64,000 bases of DNA, taken from Octopus sinensis. Its lineage: Eukaryota. A program made the position numbers and the translations under genes. Shown here piece by piece: positions 12,855-27,038 of this stretch (its first letter is position 1; every line of letters begins with the position of its first letter). The DNA lies in contig NC_042998.1 in assembly GCF_006345805.1 (NCBI RefSeq), forward strand, positions 176,700,001 to 176,764,000, written 5' to 3'. A model generated the notes under the pieces. The model had not been told where the DNA came from, did no database searches, and saw nothing but the letters and a program-made list of their open reading frames with translations.

Positions 12855-12880
12855 CTGTTGAGAAAGAAAGAAAAAATAAT
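12855..12880 (-). promoter_or_regulatory. 3' splice acceptor upstream of the first coding exon, implying an unlocated upstream exon
   Basis: Minus strand ttttttctttctttctcaacag|ATTGTG; the exon begins at 12854, 27 nt before the ATG. Confidence 0.8.
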
Positions 12881-13354
12881 GGTTAAAATTATGAATTATG
12901 GACAAACAAATAATGTCACTCAAATCAATATCGGACACAATTTTATCTGAATGCATTTACATTAAGTATGATACATAGATGACTATTCTGATTTAATACT
13001 GCTTCCATTACAGATAAACAGATTTTTATTCAGCTGGGTGACAATTTACAATATCAGTGAATATATATTCATTGTTTCTTATATCTCAGAGGCAACAAAC
13101 CTAATCTATGTATGCAACTTAGTTCTGAGTACATACAATTGGTAAAGATGATGAAGACCGAAATACATCTGGCATTCCCATTAGCCACAGTTTATCACCC
13201 TCTGATAAGTATTGTTTTTAAACACAGTACATTCATAAGAGATGTTATGTCCAGACAAATAACAAGTGTAAATTGCCTTTCAACAATGTATTTACATTAA
13301 TTACGATGCATAAATGGCTGAAAGAACTAATGTTTAAATATACATTATATATAT

Positions 13355-13760
13355 ACTCTTTTACTCTTTTACTTGTTTCAGTCATTTGACTGTGGCCATG
13401 CTGGAGCACCGCCTTTAATCGAGCAACTCGACACCAGGATTTATTCTTTTTGTAAGCCCAGTACTTATTCTATCGGTCTCTTTTGCCGAACTGCTAAGTA
13501 ACGGGGACATAAACACATCAGCATCAGCTGTCAAGCAATGCTAGGGGGACAAACACAAACACACACACACGCATATATATATATATACATATATACAACG
13601 GGCTTCTTTTCAGTTTCCGTCTACCAAATCCTCTCACATGGCTTTGGTCGGCCCGAGGCTATAGTAGAAGACACTTGCCCAAGGTGCCACGCAGTGGGAC
13701 TGAACCCGGAACCATGTGGTTGGTAAACAAGCCACTTACCACACAGTCACTCCTGTGCCT
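13355..13760 (-). mobile_element. Full-length tRNA-derived SINE family A with internal (AC)/(AT) microsatellite and (TAAAAGAG)n tail
   Basis: Reverse complement starts AGGCACAGGAGTGACTGTGTGGTAAG (box A-like) with GGGTTCAGTCCC (box B-like); high similarity to 19205, 39929, 43483, 52834. Confidence 0.9.
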
Positions 13761-14260
13761 ATATGTATATAAAGACTCATATTCTTTTATGAGAAAACAG
13801 AAAAGTGCCACACAGACAACATAATGATACTGACAAATAACTTCTTAATAGTAACACCACCAAAACTAAATTAAGCTATGTCACACACGCATGCACACAC
13901 ACACACACACACACACTTAGTAACCGAGCCTTTGGTGTAATGAAATACTTTTGTCTAAGTGACAAGATATTTTTCTCACTTCATGAAAACTGATAAAGTA
14001 CACCTGAAATAGCAGCAGATAAAAGGAAAGAAAGGGCAGCTCTTGAACTACCAAGCCCATTTGTTACTTCCTCTACCTATGACGAGATCAACAGACATCG
14101 TACTGCTATGGTATGACTCAATAACTAAAGTATAGAATGTTATATGGTACCCTACCATTAATTTAATATAGAAAGTGCTCAATAATCTCTTAAAGAAACC
14201 ATTACTCCTCATTTTACCAAAAAGTTTCCTTGTAAGAGAATTTGGCAGACATTAACAGCT

Positions 14261-14453
14261 TTAACCCTTTCATTACTGTATTTATTTTGAGATGCTCTGT
14301 TTCTTTCAATTATTTTAAATATAATAAAGAATTTAGTAAAATAACTTACTTATCATTAAGCTAGTGTTAGGAACATAAATTGCAACTAAGGTTTGGTGGA
14401 AGATTTTAATAAAAAACTTATGAAAACAAGACATTAAATAACGAAAGGGTTAA
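14261..14453. mobile_element. piggyBac-type MITE ('family D')
   Basis: TTAA|CCCTTTC...GAAAGGG|TTAA termini; internal sequence shared with 38274 and 40822. Confidence 0.8.
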
Positions 14454-14552
14454 ATTATTTAATTCTGGAAACAGATTTTTCACATCTATTTCAATTATAA
14501 TGTATCTATCAGTCATTAAAATCTTTAGTTTTAATTTTCATCTCATTTATCT

Positions 14553-14800
14553 TCTACTTGTTTCAGTCAGTGGACTGTGGACATGCTGGGGCAACTACCT
14601 TAAAGGCTTTTAGCTGAACAAATCAATTCAGTACTTATTCTGTCAGTTGCTTAACTACTATGTAATGGAGAATGTAAACAAACCAACAATGGCTGTCAAG
14701 CAGTGGGTGAAGTAAGACATAAAACATCACACACACAACAGGTTTCCATACAGTTTTTATCAGCCATATTAATTCCCAAGGCATTGGTCAACCTGAGGTT
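14553..14800 (-). mobile_element. Old, diverged SINE family A copy
   Basis: TACTTGTTTCAGTCA..GACTGTGG.CATGCTGG.GCA..., AGTACTTATTCT, GCTGTCAAGC. Confidence 0.6.
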
Positions 14801-15122
14801 AATTTGTGAACTCAGAAGAAAGTGGGGACATAAGTACAGGGGCCTAAATCTGCCATCAAGACCTCAGATGTTTTCAGATCCTTACACTACCAATTTTCTC
14901 CACAAAATCGGGATAACAGTGGTTCGTCAGAGAAATGAGCCCTGCAAGGTGGAGTGGATGCTGCAACCAGTGTCACTGGCCATTCTCCATGACAACATCA
15001 TTTGTTCTGTTGTGTGTAACCCTTCCATTTTCTGCTACTTAACCACCGTTGTTTTTTGGGGTTTTTTTTTAAATTTTTTCCTTGTTTATTTTCAATAATA
15101 TAATTTAAAATTCAATCAGTTG

Positions 15123-15397
15123 GTTTAAAACAGTGGTTCCCAAACGTTTTCAGGCGGCAACCCCAACACCCTGGCCACATTCCCAGCACCTCACCTCCAC
15201 AAACACAGACCACTTTTTGTACCAAATTCAAAACAACTAACCTAATTAACCCATTATTTTGGGGTTTTTTTCTCCCACATCCATCGCCTCCATTTGGCCA
15301 CCCCACTTTTCTTCAATGCCCTCCCTCCTGGATCTTTCCACCCCACCACATCCCCCAAAGGGCAGTATCACCCCCTTAGGGAACTACTGGTTTAAAA
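15123..15397. mobile_element. hAT (Charlie-type) MITE, 15131-15389, with perfect 8-bp target-site duplication
   Basis: TIRs CAGTGGTTCCCAA / TAGGGAACTACTG; GTTTAAAA on both sides (15123-15130, 15390-15397). Confidence 0.85.
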
Positions 15398-15700
15398 TAA
15401 AAAATTTGTAAGCAGAAAGAAAAAAACCAAAAGTGATATGGAAGTACTGAACTCAATGGCGAACAAATATAGTAAGCAAACTTCATAAGGCACAGATTTT
15501 CTGTTTCCATTTCAATGTCTCGGATTATTTTGTCCAATATACATCTAAGATTCACGCAGACAATGAAGAAGATTCCATTCATGTCGTATTATGCTAACAT
15601 GAGGCTATGATAGAGAAATACTCAAGGTTGCACACAGCAGGATTGATCCTAGAACCGGTTATTGCAAAGCAAACATATCTCCACAACTATTCCTGAACCA

Positions 15701-15935
15701 CCTATTTCTTCATTACCCACAAGGGGCTAAACATAGAGGGGACAAACAAGGACAGATAAAGGTATTAAGTCAATTACATTGACCCCAGTGCGTAACTGGT
15801 ACTTAATTTATCGACCCCGAAAGGATGAAAGGCAAAGTCAACCTCGGCGGAATTTGAACTCACAACGTAAAGACAGACGAAATACCACTAAACATTTCAC
15901 CCGGCGTGCTAACGTTTCTGCCAGTTGACCGCCTT
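15701..15935 (-). mobile_element. tRNA-derived SINE 'family B'
   Basis: Reverse complement AAGGCGG..CTGGCAGAAACGTTAGCACGCCGGG...GAGTTCAAATTCCGCCGAGGTTGACTTTGCCTTTCATCCTTTCGGGGTCGATAAATTAAGTACCAG. Confidence 0.9.
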
Positions 15936-16019
15936 TGTATACCACACACACCAGGACTATGTATTGTTTGTACCTATCACATCTGTTATACAAGCATGAA
16001 CTTTCCTCTCCAAGGTTGG

Positions 16020-16050
<31 letters not shown>

Positions 16051-16564
16051 AGTATCTGACAAGTGTGTGTACCAGCTATAATGAAATGTAAAACCTCTCA
16101 TTCAGAGGTCACTGAAAACAAAGCTGATCTACGTAGTTTTGAGAAGGTACTTGAATCTGATATGAGAATATCTCTATGTACTTGTGCTGATGACACAAAA
16201 AAAACCTCATTAAAACTATTTCTTATTTTTATCAATGTTGTAATCTTAGAATGGCACCAAATAAGAAAAAATACCACCTTCTGGCATTTGGCTGTTTTTA
16301 AAATAGTTTACACCTCCTAGGGGCTTCATTGACAACCAGACATTTCTTGTAAGGGAGATACGTAAAGGCTTACATTCAGATTGGTAGAATAAAAACAAAA
16401 AAAGGCTTAATGCTTTGTTATTTGGATTCAATCTAAGTTTTTATCAGAAAAGTAGTGAAATGGTCAGCAAGGAAATGGGTACCTTCTCACCAATGTGTAC
16501 CCTGGTTTAAAATAGGTACATTTTGTGTCCCTGCATGTTGTAAATGAAAACTAAAACTAAAGTC

Positions 16565-16799
16565 TGACACGTAAAGGCAGCAACCGATCGTGGCCGTTTG
16601 CCAGCCTCCTCTGGCCCTTGTGTCGGTGGCACATAAAAAGCACCCACTACACTCCCAGAGTGGTTGGCATTAGGAAGGGCGTCCAGCTGTAGAAACATTG
16701 CCAGATCCGACTGGTGCCTGGTGCTTTTTACGTGCCACTGACACAAGGGCCAGAGGAGGCTGGCAAACGGCCACGATCGGTTGCTGCTTTTATGTGTCA
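16565..16799. repeat. Family C-derived foldback: 80-bp inverted arms (76/80 identical) around a 75-nt spacer
   Basis: Arms 16565-16644 and 16720-16799 aligned by hand. Confidence 0.95.
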
Positions 16800-19204
16800 C
16801 CCATATGTATATATATATATCCTTCTTGAACACAACATCCAGAAATATTTACAATGAAATAAAAGGGATCTAAGTTGGTTTAGACAAGGAGTGTTCCATT
16901 TGTTGAATCAACACAACCACCTATGTATATGAGTATTCCACAGACACTTGTATCCTTCACATACTCCTTAAGTAGAATCAGTATGGCCCTTTGACTTAAA
17001 GGCTCAATCCATTCAACAAGCTTCTGCAGTTTCATTTTACACAGTCTCATTCACAAATCTTGGGCTGACCTGAAACTATTGTGGAAAGACCCTTAGCGAA
17101 GATGCAAATAGTGGGATTGCAAAGTGAAAATTCATAATCATTCTGTGCACACACACGTACACACAATCTAACCTTCACGATCCCTTTTAACCAACCATAA
17201 CACTCCTTTATATAAATGTTACATTTAACATTTCTCTGCAAACCTTTCATGGAAAACACAGTCAGTTTACAGTCGCCACACAGCTGGGACTGTATAACAG
17301 TTACTGATTTTTCATCTTTAGGATCTGTAAAACTATAGTCTGCAGTACAAACCACTAAATTGAAACGGTACAATCTGATGAAAACCAGTGATAATCCTCA
17401 ACAGCGATTAGTAAATACAAAAAGTTTGTGAAGCAGAATAAATTAGTTTACCATGGATGGGGGGGGGGGAGATCTGACGTTTAAGACAAACTTTCAATGG
17501 AGAGAGATGAAATGCTTAGATCAGTAGCTTTAAACGAACATCGATTCTATACAACATCATTGCCTATAAAGCATTTTAAAACAACTGGGCTATCATTAAA
17601 ATGAATAAAAGCTTTTCTGTTTGTTTCAGCTGTAACTACTACAGCCTCTACTGTAATGAATGCTTTAAGCATACAGTTTTCTTTTGACTGTTAACTATCA
17701 ACAATTTAAACTATACATTCACATTACTAAAATTACACACATGTTTGGGACTATTCAAATATCATGGCACTCTTCAACAAAATGGTTTGGTCTGGAGAAA
17801 GGGTGATACTTCACCAGTGGCCTTCACTACATGATCTATGCACTCTATACATATTATATATATAGCATCTACCATGTACATGACATTGGGCATGTTTCCT
17901 ACTATCACCACCACCTTCTCTGTCACCACCAGCATCTCTAATATTATAAACAATAACTAAGAAAATATATTTGTGAACTCTTAGAATCCCCAGGGTGGCT
18001 ACCATTTACAGACACGAAGTCAAATTTCCTTAACAACATATTAGGCAATTAATAAGCTTAGACTTGTTCATTGTTCGTTAACTTGCTGATTTAGCAGTAA
18101 TTGTGCACCCTCACCCCATTATTTCTCCCTCCTTTCTTCCTCATTCTCTCTCTCTCTCTCTCCACACGCATTGCATCCATTTACAGACACAATAAAACAA
18201 GTTTTGCATTATTTCTCAATTACCAATTTCACCTGTTAAAACATTTTTAAATATGGTAATTAAACTAAATTATAATTGAATAAGTAATTGAACTGCAATT
18301 AATTATTCCAATTGAAGGCAGCCTTTGCAATATACAGCTAATACAATTATTACATACAAAAAGGAAAAATTTAGAAATTGCTGAGTCATTAATGTTTTAC
18401 AAATGAAGACAGATTATCAATATCCAGGGAATAAACTGAAATAAGCAGTAAGTCTTAGAAGATAATGTACTGTACTGTACTTTATGTGTCAATCTCTTCA
18501 AGTACCATCATTTAGTGCTGTCCGCATCATTAAGAGCGGCATTGTGTCTTTATGTTAGTCACATACTTGTAAATGCTTCTGCTTAATGGCTAAAACTATT
18601 ATAATGTAGACTCTACAGAGTTAACACTTTCACATCCACAGCTATGCTTAAAACTAACAAGACACACTCCCACATTCACACACACACACACACACACACA
18701 CCACACACACACAAACTGGAAGATGTGACCTCTGCAAGGTCAGGTGCAAGTAGTCTATCTAGGAGAGCCACAACTCTGAATAAAAAAAAGCCAAAACACT
18801 TCAGTTCTGCTGCATTATAGTGCAACTGACATGGTAAAATGTGCTCAGCCTACATGGTAAAGTGGCTGGTGGTAAGCAGAACATTGAGATATATATGAAA
18901 ATCTATGCCAAAAACATGATATTAACAACAAAAATGGCCTGTTTTTTAAAGTGGGTAACTTTTTGATTGCCTTGAGCAGCTCATGACAAAGAATTGCATG
19001 ATAAAAGACAAAATATGAGAAAAACAGTAGTATATAAAGGCACCTTATGCATGCACATGTACATTCACACACACTATTATATATATCACTAATTCTGAGA
19101 ATTACAACTAGTCTTATAAGTACCATCACCTGAATTAAAATATCTCCACTCTCTACTGTTTGTTCTCTACTGTGGTTCTCCTAGCTTCCTTAAATGGATT
19201 ATAT

Positions 19205-19584
19205 ACCCTTTTACTTGTTTCAGTCATTTGACTGCGGCCATGCTGGAGCACCGCCTTTAGTCGAGCAACTCGACCCCGGGACTTATTCTTGGTAAGCCCA
19301 GTACTTATTCTATCGATCTCTTTTTGCCAAACCGCTAAGTGACGGGGACATAAACACACCAGCATCGGTTGTCAAGCAATGCTAGGGGGACAAACACAGA
19401 CACATACATATATATATATACGACGGGCTTCTTTCAGTTTCCGTCTACCAAATCCACTCACAAGGCTTTGGTCGGCCCGAGGCTATAGTAGAAGACACTT
19501 GCCCAAGGTGCCACGCAGTGGGACTGAACCCGGAACCATGTGGTTGGTAAACAAGCTACTTACCACACAGCCACTCATGCGCCT
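19205..19584 (-). mobile_element. Full-length SINE family A
   Basis: Near-identical to the 13355 copy; CpGs retained. Confidence 0.9.
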
Positions 19585-20899
19585 ATGTATGTGTGTGTAT
19601 TTTTATATTGGTATTCACTCATATTCTTAGCATGAAATGCAGGTATTAAATGATGATATGAAAAACATTTGAATGTAGCCTTTCTGCAATTATTTTCTTG
19701 CAGACCAAATACTAATATTTTTGACTGCTTCTCATAAACACATAAGACATGAAGAGTATAAAAAGATACAAACTACTTGTTTTTAGCATAGGAAGCTGAA
19801 ATAGTGGCAAAAATACAAAACAAAAGAAGTGCATGTAACTTCTTAATATTTTTTCTTTAATCTCAGGAAATATATCTTAGGTTTTTTGTTTTGTTTTTTG
19901 GGGTTTTTTTTTTCCAATCTACTAAAATGAAAATAATGCTTTTTTTCAGGCCTGGCTGCTCATGTAATTAAGTGGCAATATGTATTCAGAACAGGAAATA
20001 AATTCCATAATCAATTGAAACAAAAAGTTAGAAAAAAAAAAAATAATTATATTTTTGCTCATTAAGCCTCAAGGGGTATATTCTCAATTAGTTAAGTGAC
20101 GTTAAAGTGGCTTGAAAACTTCTCACTCACTGACTCACTGACACAATTCAGAGCAGGAGTATTTGATTTAACCACAGACTAACGAATCTTAAAGACTGTT
20201 ACAAGCTACATTCAATGTCAAATGAAGGCAACAGGGGGTCATTTAGAAATAAATGCCTCACTCAACTTCTAGCACTAATTAATGTTTTGATAATTACATA
20301 CAAATGTTCTATTGGAGCAGATCTAAGTGCCTCTTTCAACAACAAACACTTTACCTGTAACCACAGAACAATATAAACTAGTGACACAAACGTTTTTAAC
20401 AACAATTTGCACTAACAAGAAGAGATTAGTTGAATTACAAAGATTAAACTGAACTATTCATCTAATCCTTTCTCTCAATCTTTACACTCAACTCTGATCA
20501 TTAGCAGATTTATTAGCTTTTTGAAATGTTTCAAAACAAAACCCAAATGCCTCAGGCTTGTTCCTAGCATTTAACCCTTACAGAATATATTCAGTTCCAT
20601 GCATGTGCACTTGTGACATGGGAAGTGAATTAAACTTTGTTTTTCATAGTAGAGTACTTTCTTGAAATTCTCCACATCTCATTACATTACATAACACATT
20701 TTATTTCCACTGGTCAACAGAAAGAGTTTGCAAGAACTAATTTGCAAATGATTAGCATTAAAATAATAAGCATCTCTTGTGACAGGGTAGTATACTGCAG
20801 AAGATTATTTCTAGACATAAAACCTGTCTCAGTATATCTGGGAGCTTAAATACACAAACATTACATTTAGGTGCTCAAATACAGGACATAACTGAATTG

Positions 20900-22560
20900 A
20901 ACTCTATGAAGTGATATGCCAATATTGTAATTCTTCTAAGCTTATCATCTAGTCTACTACTACAAAAAGAATCCAGAGCAGCTGTAAAAATATTTTTGAC
21001 AGTGTCCTATAATATTTGTGTACAGTAGAGGCACTGACTGCAAGGTGAGTGAACACTATTTTAATGGAAGCTACAATTAACTTTTGTGGAAGATCAAGTT
21101 AATGAGAGTTAAAGAATTTTCTGGCCTTAAAGTGGAAGTCTAATTTTTGCCCTAATCTTGCTATGAAAGATCATCTGAGATTGTGGATCCTGGAATTTGC
21201 ATTATGTCTAGGGTTGTAGTAAAATACTATTTCATATGATATGTGTAAGGATTTATGTCCACGAACCGTTGATGCAGCTTATTATGTATGTCCTTCTTAG
21301 CAGATGAGTTATCTAGGTTTGTGTGGATGATGTATGTGTGCAAAAGGTGAATGGTAAGGGAGAGCTGCATAGCAGTATGTGAAACAACCTAAATTTGGAG
21401 TACATGAGTTAAAAGAATATATCAACAGAGAGAGAGGGAGAGAGAGACAGAGACAAAGAGAAAGAGAGAGAGTACTATCATATGGTGATACAGAACTAAA
21501 GTTCTAAAAAAGAAGAGACCACTGATAGATGTGGTTCAACAGCAACCATATTTGTGGTTACTGAGAAAGGAAAGTGACTCAGTACTAAAAGATTATGATC
21601 ATTATTGAGACGGTGGAAGTTAGGAGTGATATGTCAGCAGTTGGTGGGGTTACTCAGGTTGCTCTTCTTGTGGATGAGATAAACAGCTGAGTTTTCGAGG
21701 AGCTTTATTTTGTGTTCATACACACTGTGTAGCTGGAAGCAAAACGAGCATCAAATATCAGCTTATAGAACCATCTTGGCTAAAAAAAACAACAGAAAAG
21801 ACAATTCTACAGATTCTCCTAACCAGGCTATCATTTAGGAGGTAAAGAGGCTGAAAGGTCATATGATACACTACGCTATACTTTTCGTTTCTAATGATCT
21901 CTCAGGTCTTGTGGTGCTGGGTACACAATTTGCTGTTGAGGATGGTGACTTCTTCCTTAATTTGTTAACAGTATTCTTTGCTTTACAGCTGCAGAGCAGC
22001 TATAAGCGAGCCACTTGAGTACTTGCACTTGTGTGGGGAATGTGAGTGTCTATGTCGATGTGTATATACCGAAGAGAATGGTTTCAGTCACCTGCTTAAC
22101 ATTCTTGGGTGGGTCAGAGGTGAAGCCTGTTTCTTGCCACGGTGAGTCACCATAGAACTGCTAGGATTGTAAACTGCCTTAACTGAAAGTTCAAGGGTTA
22201 GGAGCTGTTATGCAGCAGAAAGATGTGAGGTGTGTGTCTTGATTAGACAGAGGTCGGATAATCCAATGAGAGTAGAGATGGCAGTAATGGTTAGAAAAGG
22301 TTAGTTTGGTAGTGAGAAAGAGGTCAAGAGTATATTAAGAGTCAGCATGTCAGTCAGGTGGGATGGCAAGGGTTACTGATTGGTATCAAGAGTTCAGAAT
22401 AGCAAACAATTCTGTGTCTGTGCCAGCAGTGTGTCAGGGTACACTTGCATGTGTGTGGTGTGTATGGTGGCAGGGAGTGCAGAAGTCTTGATAATCCATG
22501 TTCAATAAAGTCTCCAAAGAAGATGATACTAGAGAGAAGTGAAATGAAATAGATGTTTTC
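20900..22560 (-). mobile_element. Degenerate CR1/Jockey-group LINE (endonuclease, linker, RT), with a (GA)n tract inserted at about 21427-21475
   Basis: Minus-strand motifs GDF, TLDLFLT, LIGLSDLCLI, PWQETGFTSDP, CSAAVKQK, VYLIHKKSNLSNPTN, NHKYG, PGSTISDDLS, KARKFF. Confidence 0.7.
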
Positions 22561-23414
22561 AAATACATGGCAAGATGTAGTTAAATTAATTAATGGTGAT
22601 TATGAAGTTTTAGAAAGTCATAGAAATTGAACGAACTTTGAGGAGTGGGAAAGAGAGTAACTAAATAGAGGTAATGTTGCTAATAATTTTGCTAAAGTGG
22701 TGGGAAGAGTTGATTCAAAATGGGCACAAACACTACATTCTAGAACTATGTTAAAATATAGACTGCAGCTATGGCCATTCCTCATTTATACAGGTAGACA
22801 CACATGCACACACACACACACACACTTTTGTATTTAGTTTGCAAGGTTCTTCATGTGTTGGAACATGTTTTGTTGTTATCTAGGGAGGGTCATTATACCA
22901 ATAGTAGACACATGCACTGGTTCAATTTCACTTATTTATATTTGTTAATTGGTTGAGAATTTAACCTAACTGATCGCTGATTACTCAGTTGGTCAATGAA
23001 TCAAGCTATGTTTGTCAAAATCCTTTTTGTCACCATTTGTGACCTCATCGATGATAAGCCCTCTCTACTCCAGGTCAACTCTTTGTCTGTCTGTCAGTCT
23101 CTTCAGCTTCCATAATTTTGACTCACAGGCATCTAACATTACAGTTGACTGGTTATCTATAGAATAACCCACCCAGCTGTAAAAACAATTGCTGTAACAT
23201 GTAAATGTTCCAAACCAAACCCACCGGTACAGCTAATAATAACTGAATTACTCCCACACACATGGAAAACATTACCCTGATGCAGAGATTATTCACTTGT
23301 CAGTTTAGACTCTCCTTCCTTGTCACACACCACAGAACAAAGAAAAAGTATCTCCTTCCTACATGTTATTCCAAACAGACCTATTCCTTCCAACCTATAA
23401 ACTACATCACATAG

Positions 23415-23451
<37 letters not shown>

Positions 23452-24314
23452 ATCTTCCTCTTTTCCATCCCTCCATCCCTTACACAGAACAATTCAAATG
23501 AAACAAACAAAGCATTATGCATATTTACATTTACATCATCTCCTGCCACCATTCAAACCTTTCAACATAGGACTATATAGATTCTGCCGTATTTGACTTC
23601 TTGGTAATAATAAGATTAAATACACACAGACACACGCACACGCTTCATTGCAAAGTCAGACAGTAACTGAACCCAAATTCCTTATTCTACTTCCTTTACA
23701 CAACTCACACAACACAGTAGCCAGCTCTTGCTGTAAAAATGCCAGCCTCTTATCCCAGCCCCCAACTACCTGCCTTCCACTTGGAAATCTCTCCATCACC
23801 ACCACCCATACTCTGCTTCCATGGGTTGGATTGATCCACCAACAAACAGCTGTTGCATATAAAATTGTACAGAAGTGTAGTAGCGGTATTAGTATGACTA
23901 CCAACAATGACTATGTATAACGGATGTATAACTGGGGCAAAATATTTTACAGCTGGATACTTTCATAACAGCAGTCAAAGTTGATGCTAGTGGATATGTT
24001 ACTAAATTGCTCGTTAGTAAATTACTAAAGCATATATCATATGCTATATCAGCTCAGTGATCATATGAGATTAGACTACGGTCTACTCATTACGTGTGTG
24101 TGTGTGTGTGTGTGTGTGTTTTGATTTAAGAATCAGCATCAACCAGATTGATTCTGTCATGGGAGGGATGAAGAAGGAACCTGGAATGAGGGATGGTCCT
24201 GTTCAAGGAAATTCCACTTGCTAGTATTCATGGTTTTATGATTATCTTTGGATTGAACCAATAGTTAGTCATTTGTGCAGCACCCTTCATCATTACCACC
24301 GTGTGTGTTTATAT

Positions 24315-24413
<99 letters not shown>

Positions 24414-24429
24414 TGTATATATTTGTATA

Positions 24430-25110
24430 TATATATACAGAGGTGGGTACTGTTAATAAGTTAACTTTGTTAATTGTTAATCCATTAATTCTTTGAAAAT
24501 GTAATGGAAGTTAATGTTAACTTTTACTGAAAATACCCCGCCGACATTGTTGCCTCATAACTTCCAGAAAAATGGATACTTTTTAACAAAACTTTCACCA
24601 AATAATTGCTTATATTCTTTAGATTGTGTGTATATAAAGATTTGTTTGAAAAAAAACTTTTCTGAGAAGTTGAGGAGAAGAGTTTCGGAAAATTCACAGG
24701 GCCCAACATTTTCCCCTTCATAACTTTCCGGGAAATAGGTATTTTTTAATGAAATTTTATACAAAGAACTTTCAAACAGTATAGATCACAATTATGAAAT
24801 TTGTAGGCAACATTTTTGAAAGGGGGTGGAGGGAGGAGTTTCTAGAAAACGTAGTTCTGGATCAGACAGTCCACATAAATTAGAATTTCTCCGTTGTGAC
24901 GGGATTTTTTCCAATGTTTTTCATGAAAGTTTTCAGAATGAAGGGAAGCATCTTCACACACAAAAAAAAAAAAAAAAATTTTGAAAATTTATTTTCATTC
25001 CCACCACCCAAGTCCAAAACAATTTTGCCCATTTTTTTTTCATTTTAGAGACTTAAAACCCATGAGAGAAACATTTTCAGCTTTAAAAAAAAAGTTAATA
25101 ATTGCAGAGG
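24430..25110. mobile_element. Probable non-autonomous DNA element with repeated CATAACTT / ATGAAATTT motifs (Helentron/HINE-like appearance)
   Basis: Two related units about 175 bp apart (CTCATAACTTCCAGAAAAATGGATACTTTTTAAC and TTCATAACTTTCCGGGAAATAGGTATTTTTTAATG); termini not identified. Confidence 0.3.
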
Positions 25111-25129
25111 AAAATGTATGATTTAAGGG

Positions 25130-25340
25130 AGATCCGTTTTCCATGCTGGAATGGGTTGGACGGTTTGACTGGGGTCTGGGTAGCCAGGAGGCTGCACCAG
25201 GCCCCAATCCAATCTGGCAGTGCTTCTTACAACTGGATGCCCATCCTAATGCCAACCACTCTGAGTGTGGGTGCTTTTTACATGCCACAGAGGAGCTGGC
25301 ATCAACCATGATCAGATGGTGCTTTACGTGCCACCAATAC
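25130..25340 (-). mobile_element. Family C repeat
   Basis: CCGTTTTCCATGCTGGAATGGGTTGGACGG...CTGGATGCCCATCCTAATGCCAACCAC...GGTGCTTTTTAC. Confidence 0.85.
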
Positions 25341-25344
25341 ATAC

Positions 25345-26630
<1,286 letters not shown>

Positions 26631-26708
26631 CATAGATATGCATGTATGTAAATTTGGGTTTTCACCAATGAGAAAAAGAGTGCTCAGTATTTGTAACAGT
26701 ATTCATTT

Positions 26709-27038
26709 ACTTAAACCAGTGCTTCTTAACCAGGGTCCAATTTTTAGGAGTTCATGCAGGAAAATGGTAAATTTTGGATCCCCAATAGTATTTTAAGAGC
26801 TCCTGAAAAATTTTTACTTTAGATGTATGCATTGCAAGAAACAGCCAGGTTTCCTTCTCTAACACTTTACATTATTCAACACACGCAAGTTGATGTGTGA
26901 AAATTTAAATAGGAATTTTGAAAGAAGTTTCCGGAAAACTAGTTTTTAAACATTAAATGGCGAAGGGTGTCCATCAGAATAAAATAGTGATCTAAGGGGT
27001 CCACAGACAGAAAATGGTTGAGAACCTTTGATTTAAAC
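26709..27038. mobile_element. hAT (Charlie-type) MITE, 26717-27030
   Basis: TIRs CAGTGCTTCTTAACC / GGTTGAGAACCTTTG; 8-bp flanks ACTTAAAC / ATTTAAAC (7/8). Confidence 0.75.

Noticed and set aside
16140-16210. CADDTK resembling the CR1 FADDTK motif
   Set aside because: Isolated motif with no supporting neighbours.
23015-23055. Second hammerhead-like arrangement on the minus strand (CGATGAG-GTCAC..GTGAC-AAAAAGG)
   Set aside because: Both core boxes are broken and no helix III or cleavage triplet is present.
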